Assembly (NCBI RefSeq): GCF_006345805.1
Contig: NC_043000.1
Span: 163,370,001 to 163,434,000 of the forward strand
DNA length: 64,000 nucleotides
Direction of reading: 5' to 3'
DNA from: Octopus sinensis
Taxonomy: Eukaryota
In this document: positions 15,745-26,999 of the stretch, in pieces
Layout: the number at the start of each line of letters is the position of its first letter
Position numbering within the stretch: position 1 is the stretch's first letter
The notes under the pieces: model-generated
Databases searched by the model: none
The model's input: the letters and a program-made list of their open reading frames with translations, nothing else
What the model was told of the DNA's origin: nothing
Translations under genes and position numbers: made by a program

Positions 15745-16400
15745 CTAAAACATCTGGAATATTTTGCATACTTTCACGATGCCTTTAATGGCTTGTAATT
15801 GTAATTTCCTAATTACCCGTCTCTTTACTTATTTTGTGAAACCCAGCTTCTTAAGATTGGTACTGAGATACTTGGTCACAAATTCAAGTACCCCAATAAT
15901 TATAGATGTAAACTTAAAAAACATAGTCAGAATGGAATAACTGCAGATTTCTTATCAGTTTAGCATAAATGTTTTCTTTCCCCTTAAACTTGAACACTGT
16001 GTTAACGTCTGATTTCCACTACTATGCACAATAGGTTTCTTCAGTCACAGATAATTAAGTCTGGTGTGTTACGCTTGCATTTTAATGAGGTCTTGACAGA
16101 GATATTCAACAAATATTCTTTAATATCATATACTCTTATGCTCTCCACAAGCCTGTATTTCTTAAAATTTTATCTTCATGATTATCCTTTCTAAGGTTTG
16201 TATTACACAGTCTCTTGGCCACGCCGTCATTCCTAGTAAGTAGATAACACCATCACGACATATCATGGCAACTACTTATGTATGATACCATAATATTCAG
16301 TGTTCAGGAACAGAGTTTGAATCGGTTACTGCATCTAAACGGTTTGGCTGCATCATTATCCCTTTTGTGACTTAGGTGTTTTACTGCTATTTCTTATTCC
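15745..16400 (-). pseudogene. Decayed RLE-type non-LTR retrotransposon C-terminus (Zn knuckle and restriction-like endonuclease)
   Basis: Minus strand: ..KLCS*TLNIMVSYISSCHDMS*WCYLLTRNDGVAKRLCNTNLRKD.., KEYLLNISVKTSLKCKRNTPDLIICD..VVEI.., KENIYAKLIRNLQ..SIIIGVLEFVTKYLSTNLKKLG. These match the CCHC / RHD.VAK / PD..E motifs. Confidence 0.7.
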
Positions 16401-16434
16401 TATACTGCAAAGCCTATCACTGAATATCAACTAA

Positions 16435-16575
16435 TTGCCTTTCCCTTACGGAGAGGGGAGGCTGGTATGCATGGGCGACTATTGGCCTTCTGTAAGCAAC
16501 CTTGTATGGACTTTTGCATCGGAGGGGAGCATTCTAGGTGCAATCCCATTGTAATTCGTGACCGAGGGGAGCCTT
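16435..16575 (-). mobile_element. SINE-like fragment (family 4) next to (TACA)n, duplicated at 26597-26746
   Basis: cggtcacgaatgacaatgggattgcacctagaa..gtcgcccatgcataccagcctcccctctcc, GC-rich repeat-like sequence present in both arms. Confidence 0.5.
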
Positions 16576-16592
16576 TACCGCTGATACATACA

Positions 16593-16626
<34 letters not shown>

Positions 16627-17245
16627 CATACATACATACATACATACATACATACATACATACATACATGCATAATGAGACCTCTGTTCATTGAACACTT
16701 TTCAGAAGAGTCGAAACTGAATCTGTTTACATTCTTGTCATTTCCTTTCATATTTGGTCTTTCTGTTATTTGAATTTGTTTCTGTGTCTCATTTGCGTTG
16801 AGTTGTGTATAACATATATTTCGTTTAATTAACGGCTAGAAATTAGCCACATGAAAAAATATATAAACTTATTTGTCCACTTCGATAATAGCTGAATATT
16901 CAATGCTATGGATTGGAGGAGAAAGAATTGAGCTTCGCCTTCTCTGCAAAATTGCGACTCGATTCATTGAGAGATGCACACAAACCCCTACACATGTTAC
17001 AATATCTTTATTCACAAGCATAACAAAAAACAAAAAAAGAAAACACAGCAAACTTGTACAAAGAACTCAATACCTTTCCGTAACATAGTAAATAATCGTA
17101 ATTCCTTTACAGTAGCTAAAAGCTATGATTACTTACAAATGTGCCCAGATTTCATATTAACGTTTCAAGTAGTTAAATGGTGTATGCATGTATCTATGTA
17201 TGGATGTATGTATGAATGTATATATGTACACACACATAAACCACA

Positions 17246-17302
<57 letters not shown>

Positions 17303-17393
17303 AATATATTAGAGACAAAACCACTATTTTGCAAAACAAACAAGGAAAGACTTAATCAATACATAAAATTTTAATAAATAGTCAAAAAAACCG

Positions 17394-17436
17394 CCACTAC
17401 AATTGTTTCTTGTCTTGATCGACAATCTTCAGGTGG
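17394..17436 (-). ncRNA. Minimal type I hammerhead ribozyme (PLE-associated)
   Basis: Minus strand: CCAC-CUGAAGA-UUGUC(gaucaa)GACAA-GAAA-C aauu GUA-GUGG. Intact core, 5-bp helix II, palindromic helix III (ACAAUUGU), GUA triplet, 4-bp helix I. Confidence 0.85.
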
Positions 17437-17884
17437 ACTTCCAATCTAAAATATCAATATTTTAAAATATAAAAATAATAATTTTAAAATAATTAAAGTA
17501 TGAATGAAAAAATATAAATATATAATCCATATATAACCTATATATAATCCATATATAATCAATATATAAACAATATATAAACTAATATAAACTAAAATAA
17601 ACCTATCAACAATTAAATATAAAATATAAAATATAAAATATAAAATATAAAACAAAACAAAAAAATAATAATAATATAATAATAAACTATATATACACCC
17701 ATACACATATACCTAATTATATATAACCATATCTAACTACATACACTAAATCACACACCTATATATATATCCCTATACATACACATAAAAACGTCTAGGC
17801 AACTATAAATAAATAAAATAGCTAAATACTTCAACACAATACTTATTCATACTCCCACACACACACACATACAACCCACATTCA

Positions 17885-19540
17885 CGCTCTAGAAAACGGA
17901 CATCACTTAAAATTATGAACGGAGAAATGGAATAAATGGAATTAAAAATTATATTCACTTGGTAAAACGAACACTACTTAAAAATTATGAATGAAACAAT
18001 GCAATAAAACAACAGACATCGCAAATAGACACAAATTACTACGAATTCCCTAACAAACCTACCATGATAAACCAAAACTCATAAAAACATATAATGATAA
18101 AATCTCCCTTTACTAAACTCTATAACATACCTATATAGCAATCCCCCTAACCTAAACATTCACACACAAATACACACACGTAAACCACACACCCACGACA
18201 TATACAAATACCCACACCACTTACACATACCTATACATACATATAAACCTCAACATATACTCCAAAAACCCACTCAACCCCACACAGACAAATAAACACA
18301 AAAATTATGAATGGATTCTTTTATAAAACTACCATGATAAGCTAAAACTCACAAAACATAAATGATAAAACCTCCCTTTACTAAACACTATAACATACTT
18401 ATATAGCAATCCCTTTAACCTATACATTCACACACAAATACACACACGTAACCACACACCCATAACAAATACAAACACCCACCCCACTCACACACACCCA
18501 CAAGTACATATAAGCCTCAACATATACACCAAACAAAATTACTTTACCAAGGAACTTAACATATGTATAAAAAGTATAACCGCTCTGGAAACGAACATCT
18601 GTTAAAATAATGAATGGAGAAATGGAATAAATGGAATTAAAAATAATATTCACGTGGCAAAACGAACACCACTCAAAAATTATGAATGAAACAATGTAAT
18701 AAAACAACCAACATCGAAAATAGACAAATTACCACGAATTCCCTAAAAAAACAATGATGAACCAAAACTCTTAAAAACATATAACGATAAAATCTCCCTT
18801 TGCTAAACTCTATAACAAACCTATATAGCAATCCCCCTAACCTAAACATTCACACACAAATACACACACGTAAACCACAGACCCACGACTTATACACATA
18901 CCTATACTAACTTATAAACCTCAATATACACCAAAAACCCACTCCCTCCCCACACAGACAAATTAACACATACATCCCAAACCTAAATAACAAACCCATA
19001 TACACATTCACACACAAACACACACACACGCAAAACACACACACACAACAGATACATATACTCCCTCACATATACGCATATACATACTCACTAAACTCGA
19101 TATATACAACAATATTTACACACCCACACTCATACAGATAAATAAATTATACAACTAAAAACTCACACACAATCTCATATACATAAAACACTCTCTATGA
19201 AAAACAACATTAATACATCGTAATTAACCAGAATATCAAAATAACAATATGACATAAGGAGAAATAAAATACATACTCACAAGTCAGTTTCAAATTATGA
19301 AGTGAAATTAAATTCTTAGCCGTTAAAAAAATCAAACCAAAATTACGTTACCATAGAAATATAACTTATGTAAAAAAAGAATACGCGCCATGGAAAGTAA
19401 ACGTCATTTAAAATTATGAATGGAGAAATAGAATAAATGGAACTAAAAACTATATCCACGTTGCAAACCAACACTACTTAAAAAAAAAAAAAAAAAAAAA
19501 TTTATTATGAATGGATTCTTTAAAAAACTACCATGATAAA
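17885..19540. repeat. Modular degenerate tandem array (~700-800 bp units), mirrored at ~23580-25230
   Basis: Unit starts at ~17885, ~18580 and ~19385. The motif (a)aaattatgaa occurs about 8 times. The sub-module ctccctttactaaac..tagcaatccc occurs at ~18104, ~18373 and ~18795. Confidence 0.8.
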
Positions 19541-20980
19541 TTATTATATACATTTATGAGCTTTAGCTCATCTTAGCAGCTCTAACAAACAACTTGCAGT
19601 AACCCAAATCTATTCTCGATGCCTGCCTTACTACTACACTATTCCATTCACAATTCCAAGCAACGCTAGTCCACCACCCGGTTACAATTCCCACTCCACC
19701 CATTCATTCACAATTTCAACGACGTTCGCCTCCACAGCGCTACATATAAGCCTCAACATATACACCGGAGATTCACTTTCACATCCGTGCGGATGGGTGA
19801 GAGTATACATTGAGTGTAGTGATGGGGCTCCCATTACTATATACATTTTGTACCTGTGTGGTAGTCTCCATGTGTATATTCACGCACGGGTATAAATGCA
19901 GGGGGTACACGCGCACGTCATGTGCGTGTACCCCCTCACATGTACATATGCATGCTATTTGGGCTCGATATGTGCAACAATGTAATCGCGCCCGCATAGA
20001 TGCATATGGGCGAGTTGCACAATCAAAATACGCACACGTGTGTGTGTGCGTTCCCTGGTTGTGCAATTCACCCATCTGGGTGTGAGTGGGTGTAAGCGTA
20101 TTGCTGTGGATGTCGAGCTTGATACGTATGTATATGAGTGTGTATTGGGGGGTTGTACGTATTTATTGTGTGCATGTGCTTCACGCACGTGCGTCCATGT
20201 ATGGATGAATATATTGGGATTGCTATGTGGGTGTAAATTGGGTATGGAGGGGGGAGTTTTGTCATTGTATGGGTGTGGGTTTCATTTGTGAAGGTGGTTA
20301 GTTGGTGATTTTTGGTATGTTCTGTATATTTGGGTTAGTTATGTATTATTCTAGTGTGTATAATTGTATACATATGATTGGTGTGAGTGGGATTACGCCC
20401 ATTTTTGGGGATGTATGTGTTTATTTGTCCGTATGGGGCGGGAGTGGCCGTTTGGTGTATATGTTGAGGCTCACATGCAATTCCAGGTACGCGCGAATGA
20501 AGTGGGCACTTATATTTGTTATGGGTGTGTTTACTTTATTATAACAGACAATACCCAAATAAAATCTGTCAATTCAACATACCAAATAAAAAACAAAAAA
20601 CAAAGGGATCTTAAACATTCACACATACATACAAAACTCAATAAAAACACCACTAAATAACACCCATCAACATATAAATATATATATATCCTCCAAAATA
20701 CATATAGCAAATGCATAATAAAAATACATAATAAAATAAAATAAAAATAAAAAAATAAAAAATACATAAATAAAGAAAATAAAAAAAATCTAATATAAAT
20801 TATTAAAGTTTTAACATACCATAAACTGTTATATTAATATACATTAAAAATGAACTAATTAGAACAAAGAAATATCAATAAAGACTAACTATAATTAAAG
20901 CCTAGACTACATAACCAAAAAATATATTATCTAAACTAATTTAAACTAAACTAAAGTAACCTAAAAGGGAACTATTATTG

Positions 20981-22590
20981 CTATTTATCATGAAACTTAT
21001 TATATAGGTAAAGTAACTTATGTCTGCATTTTATTTTGCGCTCTTCACCAGTATTAAGTAAATTATCATACTTATAAAATAAAATTACTTTAAACTCATT
21101 AGAGCATAAATAACAACAATTAGCTCCTATAGTATATGATTTAGTTTTACAAATTATTTCCCAATTAAACTATAATTATATTTAGTGATTTAAGACTCCA
21201 AATGTACTTACTAAGTCCGGTTGAGTTGATTAAGTCTTTATTTTTAAAAGAATTCATATGTTGTGCGATTCTTAGTTTTATTTTTGAGGAAGTAGAACCT
21301 ATATAAACCGCTTTGGGTAATTATTATTCTTAAAGTTATTATCATGTAATGTAACTATACATTTATACCTACATCGTTAATATCACAATTATTATTTAAT
21401 ATACAATTAGATTTATCTCTACATGTACAATTAATATAAGTCTTATCATTATTAATATTATTATCAAATAATTTCTTTTTATAAAAATTATTCAGTTTAT
21501 ATTTATTAAATGAAGAAATAATGTTACCAACATTATTAGTGGTAGAGTAACCAACTCCAAAATTATTAAAAGAGAAAATGTTTCTATATTTACGATTATC
21601 TCTAATAAATAGTTCTATAACATCTAAAATCTCTTTAATAATATTCGTTTTTACTTGATCTCCATAAGGAACTATTAACCAAATTTTATTCTTATTAACC
21701 TTATTATTATTATCATTATTATAAATATATTTATAATTCTTTATTTTATTAAAATTATTATCAGAATTATATCTATGTACAGCATTTAAGGAATTATTAA
21801 TATTATTAATTTTATCAATATAATTATTATAATAATTATTAAATTTATTTTTATTTTTATTATTCTTATTTATATTATTATTATTATTATATTTATTATT
21901 ATTATTATTCTTATTCTTATTTATATGTTTATCATTTTTATTATTTTTTTATAATATCTATTATTTTTACCACTAAACCTAACAAAATTATAATTATTAT
22001 TAGAAGTATCTCGAAAATTATCAATTAAATCTTTATCACTAATATTATAAAATTTAATAATCCTATTATAACCTGCCCCTCTAAGGGCCTCATTATAATA
22101 ATTAGCATGTTTATTAAAAATCTCTATATCATAAGAGAGTAATGAAATACGTTTACTTATATTATTAATCAACGATTTTTTAATAGAAAATGGGTGATTA
22201 CTATTAACATTTATATATCTAAGGTTCTCATTAAGTTTATGATATGGTTGTGTTTTACCTGTAATAAGATTAAAATTAGCATCTAAATAATTAACATTAT
22301 AATTCTCCTTATATATAGTAATACTTAAACCATATCTTTTAAAGAAACTATATAGTTTTTCTTATATACTTCTAGATTCCTATTAGTACAATTCTTTGTA
22401 ACTAGTAGAAGATCGTCTCTATATAAACCACCCTCTATCTTAAGATTTTCTAATTGGAGTTCAGATAAAAGAAAAATACCTACTAAATCAGTAGCCTGTG
22501 CAGAATCTGGTGCTCCCATAGGTATATCAAAATTTGGTATGTTGAATTGACAGATTTTATTTGGGTATTGTCTGTTATAATAAAGTAAAC
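20981..22590 (-). pseudogene. Penelope-like element ORF: 5'-truncated RT + linker + GIY-YIG endonuclease
   Basis: Motifs FDIPMGAPDSAQATDLVG, LYRDD, NYLDANFNL, SNHP, IWLIVPY, CTCRDKSNC..C, V(V)[44 protein letters not shown]. Stop at 20981. About five to six 1-bp frameshifts. Confidence 0.9.
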
Positions 22591-25500
22591 ACACCCATAA
22601 CAAATATAAGTGCCCACTTCATTCGCGCGTACCTGGAATTGCATGTGAGCCTCAACATATACACCAAACGGCCACTCCCGCCCCATACGGACAAATAAAC
22701 ACATACATCCCCAAAAATGGGCGTAATCCCACTCACACCAATCATATGTATACAATTATACACACTAGAATAATACATAACTAACCCAATATACAGAACA
22801 TACCAAAAATCACCAACTAACCACCTTCACAAATGAAACCCACACCCATACAATGACAAAACTCCCCCCTCCATACCCAATTTACACCCACATAGCAATC
22901 CCAATATATTCATCCATACATGGACGCACGTGCGTGAAGCACATGCACACAATAAATACGTACAACCCCCCAATACACACTCATATACATACGTATCAAG
23001 CTCGACATCCACAGCAATACGCTTACACCCACTCACACCCAGATGGGTGAATTGCACAACCAGGGAACGCACACACACACGTGTGCGTATTTTGATTGTG
23101 CAACTCGCCCATATGCATCTATGCGGGCGCGATTACATTGTTGCACATATCGAGCCCAAATAGCATGCATATGTACATGTGAGGGGGTACACGCACATGA
23201 CGTGCGCGTGTACCCCCTGCATTTATACCCGTGCGTGAATATACACATGGAGACTACCACACAGGTACAAATATGTATAGTAATGGGAGCCCCATCACTA
23301 CACTCAATGTATACTCTCACCCATCCGCACGGATGTGAAAGTGAATCTCCGGTGTATATGTTGAGGCTTATATGTAGCGCTGTGGAGGCGAACGTCGTTG
23401 AAATTGTGAATGAATGGGTGGAGTTGGGAATTGTAACCGGGTGGTGGACTAGCGTTGCTTGGAATTGTGAATGGAATAGTGTAGTAGTAAGGCAGGCATC
23501 GAGAATAGATTTGGGTTACTGCAAGTTGTTTGTTAGAGCTGCTAAGATGAGCTAAAGCTCATAAATGTATATAATAATTTATCATGGTAGTTTTTTAAAG
23601 AATCCATTCATAATAAATTTTTTTTTTTTTTTTTTTAAGTAGTGTTGGTTTGCAACGTGGATATAGTTTTTAGTTCCATTTATTCTATTTCTCCATTCAT
23701 ATTTTAAATGACGTTTACTTTCCATGGCGCGTATTCTTTTTTACATAAGTTATATTTCTATGGTAACGTAATTTTGGTTTGATTTTTTAACGGCTAAGAA
23801 TTTAATTTCACTTCATAATTTGAAACTGACTTGTGAGTATGTATTTTATTTCTCCTTATGTCATATTGTTATTTTTGATATTCTGGTTAATTACGATGTA
23901 TTTAATGTTGTTTTTCATAGGAGTGTTTATGTATATGAGATTGTGTGTGAGTTTTTAGTTGTATAATTTATTTATCTGTATGAGTGTGGGTGTGTAAATA
24001 TTGTTGTATATATCGAGTTTAGTGAGTATGTATATGCGTATATGTGAGGGAGTATATGTATCTGTTGTGTGTGTGTGTTGTTTGCGTGTGTGTGTGTTTG
24101 TGTGTGAATGTGTATATGGGTTTGTTATTTAGGTTTTGGGATGTATGTGTTAATTTGTCTGTGTGGGGAGGGAGTGGGTTTTTGGTGTATATTGAGGTTT
24201 ATAAGTTAGTATAGGTATGTGTATAAGTCGTGGGTCTGTGGTTTACGTGTGTGTATTTGTGTGTGAATGTTTAGGTTAGGGGGATTGCTATATAGGTTTG
24301 TTATAGAGTTTAGCAAAGGGATTTTTATCGTTATATGTTTTTAAGAGTTTTGGTTCATCATGGTTTTTTTAGGGAATTCGTGGTAATTGTCTATTTTCGA
24401 TGTTGGTTGTTTTATTACATTGTTTCATTCATAATTTTTGAGTGGTGTTCGTTTTGCCACGTGAATATTATTTTTAATTCCATTTATTCCATTTCTCCAT
24501 TCATTATTTTAAAAGATGTTCGTTTCCAGAGCGGTTATACTTTTTATACATATGTTAAGTTCCTTGGTAAAGTAATTTTGTTTGGTGTATATGTTGAGGC
24601 TTATATGTACTTGTGGGTGTGTGTGAGTGGGGTGGGTGTTTGTATTTGTTATGGGTGTGTGGTTTACGTGTGTGTATTTGTGTGTGAATGTATAGGTTAA
24701 AGGGATTGCTATATAAGTATGTTATAGTGTTTAGTAAAGGGAGTTTTATCATTTATGTTTTGTGAGTTTTAGCTTATCATGGTAGTTTTATAAAAGAATC
24801 CATTCATAATTTTTGTGTTTATTTGTCTGTTGGGGGGGTTGGGTTTTTTTGGAGTATATGTTGAGGTTATATGTATGTATAGGTATGTGTAAGTGGTGTG
24901 GGTATTTGTATATGTCGTGGGTGTTGGTTTACGTGTGTGTATTTGTGTGTGAATGTTTAGGTTAGGGGGATTGCTATATAGGTATGTTATAGAGTTTAGT
25001 AAAGGGAGATTTTATCATATATGTTTTTATGAGTTTTGGTTTATCATGGTAGGTTTGTTAGGGAATTCGTAGTAATTTGTGTCTATTTGCGATGTCTGTT
25101 GTTTTATTGCATTGTTTCATTCATAATTTTTAAGTAGTGTTCGTTTTACCAAGTGAATATAATTTTTAATTCCATTTATTCCATTTCTCCGTTCATAATT
25201 TTAAGTGATGTCCGTTTTCTAGAGCGTGAATGTGGGTTGTATGTGTGTGTGTTGGGAGTATGAATAAGTATTGTGTTGAAGTATTTAGCTATTTTATTTA
25301 TTTATAGTTGCCTAGACGTTTTTATGTGTATGTATAGGGATATATATATAGGTGTGTGATTTAGTGTATGTAGTTAGATATGGTTATATATAATTAGGTA
25401 TATGTGTATGGGTGTATATATAGTTTATTATTATATTATTATTATTTTTTTGTTTTGTTTTATATTTTATATTTTATATTTTATATTTTTATTTAATTGT

Positions 25501-25809
25501 TGATGGTTTATTTAGTTTATATTAGTTTATATATTGTTTATATATTGATTATATAGGATTATATATAGGTTATATATGGATTATATATTTATATTTTTTC
25601 ATTCATACTTTAATTATTTTAAAATTATTATTTTTATATTTTAAAATATTGATATTTTAGATTGGAAGTCCACCTGAAGATTGTCGATCAAGACAAGAAA
25701 CAATTGTAGTGGCGGTTTTTTTTGACTATTTATTAAATTTTTATGTATTGATTAAGTCTTTCCTTGTTTGTTTTGCAAAATAGTGGTTTTGTCTCTAATA
25801 ATATTTTAT

Positions 25810-25842
<33 letters not shown>

Positions 25843-26508
25843 TATATATATATTATATATATGCGTGTGTGTTATGGTGTGTACATATATACATTCATAC
25901 ATACATCCATACATAGATACATGCATACACCATTTAACTACTTGAAACGTTAATATGAAATCTGGGCACATTTGTAAGTAATCATAGCTTTTAGCTACTG
26001 TAAAGGAATTACGATTATTTACTATGTTACGGAAAGGTATTGAGTTTCTTGTACAAGTTTGCTGTGTTTTCTTTTTTTGTTTTTTGTTATGCTTGTGAAT
26101 AAAGAATTGTAACATGTGTAGGGGTTTGTGTGCATCTCTCAATGAATCGAGTCGCATTTTGCAGAGAAGGCGAAGCTCAATTCTTTCTCCTCCAATCCAT
26201 AGCATTGAATATTCAGCTATTATCGAAGTGACAAATAAGTTTATATATTTTTTCATGTGGCTAATTTCTAGCCGTTAATTAAACGAAATATATGTTATAC
26301 ACAACTCAACGCAAATGAGACACAGAAACAAATTCAAATAACAGAAAGACCAAATATGAAAGGAAATGACAAGAATGTAAACAGATTCAGTTTCGACTCT
26401 TCTGAAAAGTGTTCAATGAACAGAGGTCTCATTATGCATGTATGTATGTATGTATGTATGTATGTATGTATGTATGTATGTATGTATGTATGTATGTATG
26501 TATGTATG

Positions 26509-26541
<33 letters not shown>

Positions 26542-26985
26542 GTGTATGTATGTATGTATGTATGTATGTATGTATGTATGTATGTATGTATGTTTGTATC
26601 AGCGGTAAAGGCTCCCCTCGGTCACGAATGACAATGGGATTGCACCTAGAATGCTCCCCTCCGAAGCAAAAGTCCATACAAGGTTGCTTACAGAAGGCCA
26701 ATAGTCGCCCATGCATACCAGCCTCCCCTCTCCGTAAGGGAAAGGCAATTAGTTGATATTCAGTGATAGGCTTTGCAGTATAGGAATAAGAAATAGCAGT
26801 GAAACACCTAAGTCACAAAAGGGATAATGATGCAGCCAAACCGTTTAGATGCAGTAACCGATTCAAACTCTGTTCCTGAACACTGAATATTATGGTATCA
26901 TACATAAGTAGTTGCCATGATATGTCGTGATGGTGTTATCTACTTACTAGGAATGACGGCGTGGCCAAGAGACTGTGTAATACAA
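22532..26985. repeat. Right arm of ~4.4 kb inverted repeat
   Basis: Mirror of 16198-20587, also visible as mirrored ORFs in the track (e.g. 20040-20291 + vs 22827-23078 -). Differs by scattered 1-bp indels, microsatellite lengths and a few substitutions. Confidence 0.95.
25670..25712 (+). ncRNA. Minimal type I hammerhead ribozyme (mirror copy)
   Basis: ccac CTGAAGA ttgtc gatcaa gacaa GAAAC aatt GTA gtgg, identical to the left-arm copy. Confidence 0.85.
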
Positions 26986-26999
26986 TAAAAATTACACAC

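Larger units (their letters stand above)
16198..20587. repeat. Left arm of ~4.4 kb inverted repeat
   Basis: Near-identical reverse complement of 22532-26985. Outer ends ttgtattacacagtctc / gagactgtgtaatacaa; inner ends ..caacataccaaat / atttggtatgttg... Confidence 0.95.

Noticed and set aside
18140-18156. Telomere-like TTAGG/TTAGGG (cctaacctaaac)
   Set aside because: Only one or two imperfect units per module; not a telomeric array.
17450-19300. Mitochondrial insertion (NUMT) suggested by the strong strand skew
   Set aside because: No recognisable mitochondrial gene, tRNA or rRNA; the sequence consists of internal repeats of the PLE arm.
17885-19540. CRISPR-like reading of the recurrent aaaattatgaatg motif
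   Set aside because: The intervening segments are themselves repeated and irregular in length, there are no unique spacers, and there are no cas genes.
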